A stretch of DNA of 64,000 bases from Raillietiella orientalis (lineage: Eukaryota), in contig JAYWIR010000003.1 of assembly GCA_036172245.1 (NCBI GenBank), positions 3,844,001-3,908,000 on the forward strand, in the 5' to 3' direction. A program made the position numbers and the translations under genes. Positions 23,730-35,700 of the stretch are shown piece by piece. The notes under the pieces were generated by a model, which saw nothing but the letters and a program-made list of their open reading frames with translations, was not told the DNA's origin and searched no databases. The stretch's first letter is position 1. Each line of letters begins with the position of its first letter.

Positions 23730-26700
23730 ATGTCGTTCTGGAGAGTTGTCCTGCTGATGAGCCCGTTCGGTCTAGTCACGTACTTCTATGTGGAACTGTT
23801 GATTTACTTGCATGGCAACGTGCTGATAAAGTTCTTCCCACTTGGCCCCATCCAAGGATCTCGCATGCTCACCTTTCACAGCAGGCTGGTGTCTTCCTTC
23901 CGAGGTGTTCCTTATGCGTCACCGCCGCTCGGAGAGTTCCGTTTCGAGGTAGGAGGTCCCGCAGACGTTTGCGCATGTGCGCGCGCCGCCGCACGTGCGC
24001 AGTCGGCCGACCCTCGGAGCGAAACGAGATGGTGGTCCCCCCTCGCATCTCCTTTTGCTTCTTCGTGAGGACCCTCGCCAACTTGTCATCCTTTAGGTTG
24101 GTTGAATTTCGTGGGCGCCGTGCGATTTGATCGTAGCAGTTTGGAATTGTAAGGGAGCGCGTTTTTTTTTTTTTTTTCTTCGTGTGTGTGTGGTAGTCTT
24201 GGTTCAACAGGAAAGTCTCTACATCGCGTGTCACCTTGGGATACACGTCACGGGTCACCGCTCAGCGTGCAGCAGATCCGAATCATTCCGCTCTCCCGTG
24301 CGCGCGCGCGTGTGCTCCCACGAGGTGTCCTGAAAATTTCAGTCGGGCGTCCTCAAAGGTTGGTCCTCAATGGTCCTGAAACGCAACAGGTCCTTTCGCG
24401 CGTTGGGGAGCGGATTCTCCCCCCCCTTCGCCCTCCGGCACCCATAAGGAAGTGGTAAAAGCGGTGAAAACTCGAGAGACGCGCGATGAACGACGGAAAA
24501 CAAAGATACAGTGAAGATGGTCGCAAGGCGCGCTCGAGTCACATCGATCAAAGTGAGGTCATCCGAAACATCTTTTCAGCTGCTCTCACCTCTCTTGTCA
24601 TCTCAGTAGTGCAGAGTGACTTTCTGCCCTGTTGATCGTGACCCACACTCGGAGGCTCCTTGATGAAAGATCACCATTCAGTTTTTCCCCAGCTCTCCTT
24701 CTTTCACAATATCTACTTTGCAGCAGGCTCCACGAGGGGCTGCTGCAAACCTTCATCGTTCGCTTCTTCGGCATGCGCTTTCTTATCTCCCCCCCCCCCT
24801 CACTTTTCGCCAGCGTTCTTTTTCGTGCAAACACAGCAGCGATTTATCCAGGAAGGTGCGTCTTTTCGAAGCTCCTCCTGCTACCTTCCCCTCCCCCCCC
24901 CCCAAAGGGAAATGGCGGCTCTGCCGGACAAGCAGCGGTCAGGCACGTCCTCGGCGCTGTCTCGTCATCTCCGCGTCTCCGCCAGATCACGTTGTCGTTG
25001 CCTGGCTACCGAGGAGTCGGTTGATTTCTACGGAGTCGTCTCATCTTCGGGTCTCCGGCTCATCTCCCGGTCGTGGGCCGATCACCGTGGCGACGGCTCG
25101 GCACCTCCTTATCTGTCGGACACTGCTCGATCCAGATTCCGGTTCTGGTTGCGCCGCTTCGCTCCCGCGGGACTTTTTGTACATTCGAAGGATTCCCCCG
25201 CACGATACTCGTGCTGCAGTCTCATTGCTTGCTTTTCCTCCGGCCCAAAGTGCACAAATCAGGTGGCATTGCCAGATCGAGTCATTCCGTGGTAGATGAC
25301 TCGATTGGAATACTGAGGGAATACTTCTTCCCTGTGCGTTTTATAAACGTGGAAGCTTTCACCCTCTTTCAGTCAGATCGGTCCTCTTTCTGTGCTGTTT
25401 CGAAAATCCGAATCCGTTCTGCGTGCTTTCCCCAGCAGCTTCCCCGCCGGACAACGTGAATCCAACGAGTCCGGAACGAAAAACACCGGAAGCAAAATGG
25501 ATACGCAGCTCGCGAGACAGTGGTCATCAGCTGCGCTGCTAGCAAGTAGGCGCAGCAGTGGTCCAAGAAGGAGAACCGATCGAAGGGCTTCACAGCCGCG
25601 AGCGCGGCGCACCGCAGGATCCACGCGTCCCCTTTGAGGGAGCCCCTGTGGATGTACAAAAGAGATACATTTGCAGCATGGCAGGAGGTTCATCGATGCC
25701 GATTCGCAAACCGCCGGATCCAGAGCCGAGGCTGACCTCGCGATCCGCGGCGAGCAAGTCACGAAGGTGCGTCCTCCCGTGAGCAGCAGCGTCGGAAGAG
25801 ACTCTTCCGAGGCGTCTCTTAAAGCGGGTCGGAGAAAACCCGGCGGTTCGAACATTCAAGGGCGGTTTCCGAAAAATCGTTTCGACGGCATCCTCTGAAG
25901 TCTGTTTTTTTCACTGAAAGCGTGTGCACCGGGTACGTCTCGAAGTCGCAGCCAGCGTTGAGGGTCGCGGTCGGGGTCACCGTTATTTCGAGCCGAACAG
26001 GAAGCCCCCGTTCTCGCTTGGACAGGGATGCGCAATCGCGCCAAGTGACGAGATGAGTGTGACGAGGCAATCAGGTTGTCTGCTCGAGCTTTGTGTGTCT
26101 CGACTTCCAGTTCTTTGCTTTTCTCCTTTCCATCTAGTTGAAACGGGAGACTTTTTCGGTCGCACTACAGAAAGGAAAAGCAGGGCTGCGTTGGGCGGCC
26201 GTGTGGCCAGGGTCCCCGTGCGTGGTAACAAGCGTTGCGGGTTCGAATCCCCATGTGGAGGATCGACTCCGAGAAATGGGAGTGCGCCGGAATGGGTTTC
26301 GAGTTTCCCCCGCAAGATGACGCTGGCCGGCCTATTCTGGTGCGGCACTGGTTGACACCCGGTCACTCCGGGGCGTTTATTTATAAAAACGCCTGTGGCA
26401 GGACGTTTGATCCTGCCAGATTACTTGTAACTACGAGGAGGAACCCAACGGGCACGCAGGCCAGCGGAGTTCGCCTCGGAGACACAGGGGAAGAAGGAGA
26501 GACAAACGAAAAGAAAAACATAAAACAAAAAAGCATACAGTCAAAAAATAGGAGGGTTCGGGGAGGGATCGCTGCGTGCTGGAGGACGTCCTTTGCATCC
26601 TTGTAAGGATGCCGGAAAGTTCCTGTTTTAAGATTCCCAGATGGAGCCATCTTGAGGCTATCCTCATGAAGAGGACAACAAAATAGATGGCGTCCCTGTC

Positions 26701-29700
26701 GTCCTGACCTCTGGCGTTGCTCCATGCAGCTACGATCCCGCCACGTGGACGGCACAGTGCTGCTGGCCGGCGTGAGGGTGTCTCTTAGGAAGGGGCGTTT
26801 TCAAACGTCTCTGGTGTTGCCGCCCGGGGTTCCAAGGATCGCGGTTGTGCAAAGCGTCCCCAAAGGGGCCGGAGGGCAACATGGTCTACTAGGAGGTGCA
26901 GGAGGGATTCCCGCTCCCTAGGAATGAAGGAGCCCTTTGGGGTCCCCTTCCGGTTGTGAAAACGGGGCCGTCCATTCAGCTGGTGAATTGGTCAAGAAGG
27001 AGTGTCAAGAATCGCGCTGCTCCTTTCGGGGAGCGACCCTTCAGGAAAATCGGGAAGCGTCTCTTCAGAGGAGTAAGCAAGGAGTGCGTCCTTTCCGGAG
27101 GGTCCCTTCTGAGGAGAAGAAATTCAGGGGACATCCCCCACAAACCGGGGGGTCCTTCCGGCGAGAAGAAGGAAGAAGAGGTTCCTTCCGAGGTTTCTCC
27201 TCCCAAGCGTAAAAGGAACGGACTACTTCCTCCGGAGCCTTCCTGGGTTCATAGGGTGGTACCCCTTATCTCAGAGAGTTTACAGGCACCATTGGGTGGC
27301 GTAGACAGCTTCGCGGGCTCCATGAGGCAAGTGGTTCTTGATGTACGTTCCACGTTCTCGAGTACTTGATGTTTTTGTTTTTTTGAGAACCCCCAAAAAG
27401 GAAAACCAGAGAGAGAGGGAGAGGGAAAACTCGTGTGCCCTCCGAAAAGAGGTGCTTCCTAAGACTGGGGTCTGTGATGATCACGGAGGGATCCTTTCTT
27501 CCTTTTTTTTTTTTTTTTCCAGGATCGGCTTCACGTCAGTTCTTCGGGTTTTCGTGGCACTCTTTTCCTCGCCTCTTCCGCGGCGGGTCTGCGCGCTTCC
27601 CCACGTCACGGAAGACGGCGCCAGCATTTCGATTCGTTGATTATCCACGTCGCCGCTGTTCTCGTGTTTGTGGCGCTTGCCGCCTGCCATCGCTGAAGTG
27701 CCCAGCGCTACCGAGCTGCACGTCGCATTTTAGAAGATTTATCTTCCCGAGAACAATGTGATCTTCTTGTGTGTCTGCTCCTTTCGGAAAAAAGTCTTGC
27801 GAATGATCGAAAGGACAATGGCGCGTCACATTAGCTCAAATGTAAAACAATCACAAAACACTGCCTTCACACGTCTTCGGCGCGAGCTTTCCTCAAGTTT
27901 CACGTGGGTTCCAACATTACGAAAAGACAAAGACCAAGGGCAGCTAAGCCTTGTTTTGTGCTCTTCCGAGTTCTTGTTTACTTGACGGGGATGTGGTGTC
28001 CGTTTCAAGCTTCCAACGTTGAACGTTAGACTGCGGTCTGAACGCCAGGATGCTGCAGGATTGCTTCGAGGAATGACCTCAAAACCTGGGATTTGACTCG
28101 TGGCACCGAAAGATGGGCATGGTTTCGATTAAGCATGCCCAGACTTCGGACGTCCGGATTAACACGAGCTGGCTTGTGCACTTGCTCTATGGATGCTTCC
28201 GCAGCAGCTGGCTCTTAAGCATGTGTGTGCTTCCCGGATTCACCGTGGGCTGTCTGTAACCAGAGCAGTCAGTTCGTTCCCCAAAGGGAAGAAGACTTTC
28301 CTTCATTGGTCAGGGTCCATCTTTGAACACTTCTTGGAGAGGGCTTCGGAACAGCCGATACCTTGTTCCACGTACCAGTGTGTGTCCTTGTTCTTGACAC
28401 CGACGCGAAGAACATATTCAGGACTATCCCGCTGGAGTATCACGGAAGATTTTAGTGCTTGACACGAATTTTTTTCTTCTTTCAGCTCATTCTTTGCTTT
28501 GGCTAGATGGCTCATCAGAAAAGCGTTCAGAAAGAGATCATTCATTGGCACCCGATGGAAAGCGTCCTTCTGATCGACGGCTCTTTAGCATGAGTTCTCT
28601 TCCAGAACTCCTCTTTCCGACACCATGTTCAGGGAAAACTTCCAGGATGCGAAGCACTGATGCGAGGAAGCAAGTGATCCTTTTCCCATTTCCAGACTAC
28701 CGAACCTGCTTTATGTTTCAAATCTTCCTTTTATCCGGGACTGTTCACGGTGACCTGTGGACGTCCAATCTCGGGGTTCAGTGCGTTCAGGGTTACGCAA
28801 CAGTTCGCCACGTGGATGGCGGATCGTTCCTCATCAGACTCTTATTATCTTTGTCTCTGTACCCAAATTTGCGACCTCCACCTTGGCATCGTCTGTAGTG
28901 TCGCGATTTGTGCAGCATCATGAGAAAAAGTCTCGATTTCTGTCACGTGCGCACGAAGTGCAAGGAATCTGGGGAGGGTGGATATTCGGTAGGGTGGAGG
29001 AGATGATCCAAGTAGAGGAAGGTGAGCAGAAACGGGGAAACTCTCCTTCTTTCGACTGCTTTGATGGCAACTGCTTTGGCGCTTCTTTTCTTTTCTTTTT
29101 TTTAGTATTTTTTTTTTTTTCTTCTGTTTTTGCCCCCCTGTCGTGGCAGCAAAGTTGCATCATTAGCTGTTGATCCGAGTACTTCCGGCAGCACTGCAAC
29201 TGCTTTGCTGTTTGTGTCCTTCAGCACACTTCAGAACCAGAACTGCTTGTCGTATTCGAGACAGAGTTTGGGCATTTCGGTTTCCGAGACGGTCAGACAG
29301 TTGGAATCCCCGGAAGGGATGGCTCTTCCCGCTGTTTCACGAGGAGGCTGCGTACATCAGCCTTGAGCGCTTGGCGTCTCTGCTGCACTGCGGCGTACGT
29401 AGCCCAAAGGAATCCTTTCTTCTCCGCGAAGCTCCGATTTTGATCTCGGACGCGACCAATAAACAGACCAAGGTCGAAGGATCAAGTCCATCGCGGAGCA
29501 CAAGAAGCTCGACCCGTTCTGTCCGCTCTCCTTCCGCGCGTTTGCACCCTTTCCCGGAACGCAACGGTGAATCTTTTGTGATGGCGTCCCCCTTCCGTTC
29601 CCCTTCGTCCTCATCCTGTTCAAGTTTGAGCTGGGCGACGAGATGCATCCTTCGCGAAGCGTCACTCCTCCGAAAAAAAAAAAAAAAAACACGTGAGTCA

Positions 29701-32700
29701 TCGCGCGCATCCATTTTTACGATTCGTCCTGCTGAGTTTCAAACGACGAGCTGAGATTTTTCGTCTGCCCAGTGCGGGTCAGGGAAGCTGGAATGTAACT
29801 TCCATGTTTCACGGAGTAGAAGCGGGAAGTGTTCGCATCTGCATTGTGTTCGCCCACATCCGAAACCTTGTTGGGAGGTCGCAGAATCCATTCCTGAGTG
29901 CATGCGAACATGAATACACATGTGAATGCCAACACTCAGGGGCACTCACTGATGCAGCAATGCCCCCCCCCCCACCATGTGCATACGCACATACATGTAT
30001 ACGTGTGCCCACGTGCGTGTGTGTATACGGGGCTGCTGCGCTTAAGGAGAAAGGACGTGCCGTCTTCATTGGGGATGGGGAAAGGTCCACGCAACGGCAG
30101 CCTTTCGCACCGTGAGCGAGAAGATGTGGACACGACCTGTGATGGAACGACCGTCCGCATCTGACTCGGGCTCACCTGATAGCTGCGATCCCATCAGGTC
30201 GTGCGTCTCTCGTCAGAGACGGCGTTTCCCCCCGCCGTGAATCCGTGCTGCGCGACCCCTGTGGGTCTGCCTCTTATGGAACATGGAGGAGGAGATTCGA
30301 ATCCCCCCACCTCCAGACGAGCAGATGCCAGGGTCCGCCCCTGCTCCAGCACTTTGCTCTTTGACGGCTACTCCATTTGCAGCAAGGAACTTTTGAAATG
30401 GATGTCGGGGGTTTGGAAGTCGACCACCAGGCCGTGCTCGCAGCTCCGTTTTTGGGGTGAACGGAGAGATTCGACAGAATAAAAGGGAGGTCTCTTCTTC
30501 ATGGTCTCCGCATCTCCACCGTCCTCGTATCCATGTCCCCCCCCTTGTTCTATGCGGATAAGGTTTTGCAGTCGCTGGCAAAAACCTTTGCCTGCATCCG
30601 CTTCGGTCGGTACTCCTCCTCCTTGGACGTCAGTGTTCTTGGCGTTTTCTTCGCCGGGGGGATGTGCCAGTTTATGGATCCATCGCCATCAATTAGGGCT
30701 TGCCCTGAATATCCTTCGTTGACAAGGAGACAGCGAGGTCTTTGTACTTGGTCTTCTTTCTCGAGCACTGTTGAAGGAGCAGTCAGCGTCCTTCCCTCCT
30801 TGCGTGCTTCCAGATGCGGACGGAGGTGCGACTCCACGCCGGAGATGAGCGTATCTCAGGAAACCACATCCCAGCTTCCGAGCGCGTGATCAAGGTCTCG
30901 TGCCGCCGAATACACGGGAAGGGAGCGCCGCAAACAACGATTTGGTACACGAAACGGCATTATCATTCATCGTAGACGTTATGGAACCGCACCAGAAGCG
31001 TTTCATCCCAGAAGCACTCAGTCCTTTGGTCCTCGCGAGCTTAACAATTATATCATCGATGTAGGAAGAGATCCGTTTTCAATTCAGCAGCCTCCATGTG
31101 ATGGCTTTTCCGACCTGTCCACCCGGTTTCCATGGAAATGGCACAGTCAGAGACGGCGGCCATTCCACTTAGCCCTTGAAGCTCACTGCCATTTACCACA
31201 GCATCCGCTATCCGATTCATTTGCAGCCGTTTCCTTGGCTTTCCTTTGATCCACGGTGGGGTACCAAGGCAGCTGACGTCTGCAGCAGTTCGAGAGTTCT
31301 AATTGAATTTCCGTTGAGCTTGGCGCGAGCTGTGTCTCGGCTCATTTTTTCCTGTTCCGCGGCGGCTACTGCTATTTTATTTACTCTGCTGCGGCAGTCC
31401 TGCTTGTTCCTGGTTTGTTAACCTCGCTCCTTCTAAGCCAGTCTTGTTACTGATGCTGATAACTTTCCGCTAAGCTCGATGTCATCTCTCCCCCAAGTAA
31501 GCACAGTCACGCGAGCGCATCCGTCGGTTCCCACTTTTTTCAGGTGCTCTTTAACCAGGTACTTGCAAAAAAGAAAAAAAAAAAGGGGGTGGTTTCGTTC
31601 CTTTCCTGCCCCTCCCTGTTTCTTCATTTGCTTTCGGTAGTGAGTGGTGATTAATCTACTCATCAGCTTGAACAGCTGCCGCTGAAAGTGGCTGGGTTTG
31701 GTGGTGGCCGGACCTACTCGTTTTTGCTGCTGTGGACAAACGGGTTTCGAGAACTTTCGTTTGTGTCGAATTCGACGAATCGATTGTCCATGGGTCATTC
31801 TTGCTGCTAAGGTTACCTCGGTTGCCCAACACCTGGATGTAGCAACCGGTTCGCCGGTCCTCTTCGCAGCAGGGCAAGGCTCAGCTGCATCCAGTGCTCG
31901 GTCCATGGAACGGTCCCTCCTCTGTTCCCCGAAGAAGCGATTTTCTTCCAGCCGCAGCATCGCGTCTATGAGAACTTCGACCGAAAACCCTTGGCAGAAG
32001 TTTCGAATTTCCTGTCGTGGGGTTTTTTAACTTTCCAGAGGATCCGGCGGGGTGCCTCGCGCATCAGCACACAGCGCCTATTACTTTCGGACTGGACTAA
32101 TCAATGGTCGGTAGCAGTAGGGCAGAACCGGGTGCCGTTTTCCCTTCCGGAACTGCAAGCGGACTGGGGTTGCACAACCGTCTTGCATTGCAGAGCCGTC
32201 CTCATCATTCGGAAGGACCTAATTTGTAGGGCGCGGAAGCTGCCACCTAGCGAGGGTAGAAAAAAAAAAAAAAAGTGTGTGACTATTTCCGGTCATTTTG
32301 GACTTTCCCGGAAAGCGAAGCGCTTCCCATGTAGCCCTTGGAAAGGAACGCTTTTCGAAGTTGCCTTTTGTGGTCTGTGCTATTTGTACTTAGGCAATGC
32401 ACATTTTCCTTCTTTTTTTTTTTTTTTGCATGTGTTCATTTCTGGATGCGTAAAAAAAGAAAAAGTGGGCTGTTGTTTGTTTGTTTTTTCGAAAGGACTG
32501 TGCCGGAGTTCGGGAATTCAAGTGCCTGTCGGAAAAACAAGCACTTTCGATTTCTGAACCAATTCCCAGAAGTGTGGGAAGCGGCGACGTCTGTCCTTAT
32601 GGTTGCTACCGGGCGCTTCCGTTCCCTTGGAATATGCGTTGCTCCCTTCCTTTTTTCATTCTCGAAGTAACTCCTGGAAGGATTGTTCCGAGCATGGATG

Positions 32701-35700
32701 CGAGAAGAAACGGATCGAAACAACTTGGCCAAACAGCCTCGGGATGTGAGAGATGACTAACGCAGCACAGGTCGTCGTCAGGGAAGCGCTGTCGGGCTGA
32801 CCAGCTCTCCAGGCGGACCGAACAGGCAGGGATCTTCCTTTTAGGAAAAGTCCTGGAGAAAGGACTCGCGCCGCTTTGCGGCTGGGTTTGGCGCGTAGGC
32901 CACTTACTGGAAAACGTCGTCTAACAGACGTGGAAAGAGGTGGAGAAGCGTCGTCATCTTTGTCCTTTGCGAAAGAAAGAGGGATTTTGCAAGGTCGCTG
33001 GTAGATGAATGAAGAGGGAAAAGATGAAAAGCTCGTCACGTTTTAGAAAAGGAGATAATAGGCGTTGTTGCGGAACGACCTCTGGTGATGGCGACGAGCT
33101 CCACTCCTCGCAGATCGAAAAGGCCCTGTGGCGAATTGGGGAATCTGGTTTAAATTCGAATGTTTCTGTCCTCATTGGTCTTTCATGCTCGAAAGAATGA
33201 GTGTAGCTGGAAAAAGAAGAATCGCGTGAGACACACCTCCGCACTCTATTTGGTTCGTGGTGGTGACGCGCATCCGTATGTTGGAGCATTTTCCCAAAAT
33301 CCATCCCATCTCTCCTACCGCGTCGCACGCGAGCATGGGCTGTTTCCAGAAGTGTTCGTGTTTTGTTTCTCCCCTTTTCTTTCCCCAGTGAGCCTCTCTA
33401 AGCATTGGTTGCCCAGTGGGCATCTTGTGTTCAGCAGCTTTCGCTTGAGATTCGGATGCGAAAAAAGACAAAAACAAAAAGGGCAGTAGCGACCTTAGTG
33501 GGAGATCGTTACTGTGGACCCAGGGTGGTGGAAATCCACCGGGGGTCTTTTGTTTTCGCTGCTTCCTTCCAGATTTTTTTTCTTTTTTCTGGTTTTCCTT
33601 TTTCTTCAGTTTGCCAAGTGCCGAAGAACCGTTCGCCCCCTTGCGGGGAGGGGAGGGGGAGGGGGGCTGGCAAGGCTGTTTAACACTGCCCACGCCACCC
33701 GGGGATGCGTGTAACTCGTCAAGTCAGGGGATAACCCCGTAGGGATCACCTTATGAATCCAGGAAGGCTCTGGAGGAAGGACTCCCTTCCTCTCACGCGT
33801 CGTAGGGAACACCCTTATTCTCTTCGGAGTGACCTCCCGGACTGGGTCACTCCTCGGAGGGACCACCCGCAAGGGAACCGCTCCTTGCTACTCCACCTGA
33901 AGAGAACCCCGAAGGGAGCAGCACGCTTCTTACACTCTGAAGAGGCAGCCACCCTTCTCGAGCGGGGGGTGCCTTGGCACGCGACAGCTCGAGCGCTTCC
34001 CAGCAAACGGAGGTCTTCCTCGACGTGGCCGAGCAGGGGAAGTCTCGAGGTCTGTCCCGGCCCTGAGGAAATTGCGGAGGGACCGAGAGAACCTTGCGAA
34101 TTTTCTGGAAGAGGGGAGGGAGCGAGGCTCTCGTTTCCCTGTACGACCTTCACTGCCTCGCTGTCGGTGCGCAGCAGCCTCCAACCGACTCTCAAGTGTT
34201 GCAGGGAAACGAAAGGCTGAGGGGAGTCTTCCTTTCGGGCCGCTGGTGTACAAAACATTCCGAGTGCGCAGCCGGAAGTTCGAAAGGGGGAGCTCGGTGT
34301 GCCCTGTCTTGGTGCACGGATGCATGTTGGCCCCGATTCTGCCCGGTGTGGACAGGATGGGGACATCCAAGGCAACGGATAGATTCGAAAACTCTTTCGT
34401 ACATCTTTTTCATTTTGTGTTTTTTTTGGGCATCCTCTGCCAGGCTTGAGCGACGTGCTTGTTAAAAGATGGAGCTCTTAGGGAGTCGGAACTTCCGTTT
34501 TTGCCTCCCATTTCCGTCCCCATCGAACAAAGGATTTTCTTAAGTAGGTGGAATAACAAAGAGACAAAGACTCTGTTCCGTCCGGCTGAGGATGCATTCC
34601 TAAGGGTTCGTGGAACTCCGTGCCCTCTCTCAAAGTACTACAAGTTCGAAGAGAAGATGGTTGCTAGGAGCGCCCGCGAGCACGTGACCAAAGTCTGCCC
34701 GAGAAAGCTTTGCTCCGCGGGCAGAGTATGAGTGTGGCGCGTGGCAGGAAGCGAGGGCAGCTGCTGCTACATGTAAGGTCCGGTCACTCCTTCGAAGGAA
34801 CCTGGGCACTTCTGCGTCGCTTTTGTTAAGCGCTCTCTTCGGAAAAGAAAGGTGAATGGAAGGATATGGGTTGCCAGGGTCGCTTACGATTGCACACGTG
34901 TTGCGGATGCTTTGAATGCTACTCGGATGGCAATTTGCGAAATGAGGGACCAAGAGCAAGCACCTGCAAAGAGTCACGAGATCTTTTTTTTTTCCTTTTT
35001 CCAAGATCGGAGGGAGATTTTCACGACAAATCGATCGTTGGCTGCTGCATTTTTTACCCGAAGCAGGGCGCGCACGTGATCTGGGAAAGGTGCTGCTTCA
35101 CCTGCTCGTGAGGAAGCTCACCGTCGGGAGCACCAGCCGAAGAGAGGTTGGAAGTCACGGGTTCACAAGAATCCTGAGCGGTTTCCACTGATACCTTCTG
35201 GGCGGTTGAGTAACCGAGGCAAGGGAAGCTGGGAGCCGAGTGGATCGAAAGCACCTCGGACGGCTCGAAGAGCTGCTTGGTTCTGCAGCTGTTCCAATTG
35301 AGGAGGGCCCTGAAAGCTTCCTTGCGGCTGCTTTTCAACGTATCAGACAGGAATGACGGAGCACATCAGCAAGTGAAGGAAGAACCAAGATGCTGTTGCA
35401 GAGGGTATCGGAAACGCCGATGAGAACTGAGTGTCGTCTCAAGCAAACACGTTAGCGGTCTCGTTCTTCTCGCATAGACCCCCGTGAGGAACTTTGCGCA
35501 CCATTCGTTCGGCACGTTCACCTTTCTCCCTCTTCACGCCTTCAGTGTGGTGTTTGCAGCTTAAGGAAGGAGACTAGATTCCGTAGAAGTCACGGGGAAC
35601 TCGTTTTGAATGTGTGTGTGTGTGTGTGTGCACGTTGAGCCCTCGGGTGTGTGTGTGTTTTTTGGAGGGGGGGGGGGGAAAGGGGGGCACCTCCTCTGAA

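Noticed and set aside
25560..25770. Possible MULE transposase C-terminal remnant (W-HGRRF...AIRGEQ)
   Set aside because: A single frameshifted motif; insufficient support.
26200..26255. tRNA genes at the ggttcgaatcc motifs (also ~5385, ~13835, ~39960)
   Set aside because: No full cloverleaf; the 5385, 26240 and 39960 motifs continue into a shared SINE body, and 13835 is an isolated B-box-like match.
28280..28560. Weak CPEB-like RRM similarity on the minus strand (NSCQAL...MDPDQ*RKVF)
   Set aside because: Too few matching residues to separate from chance without an HMM search.
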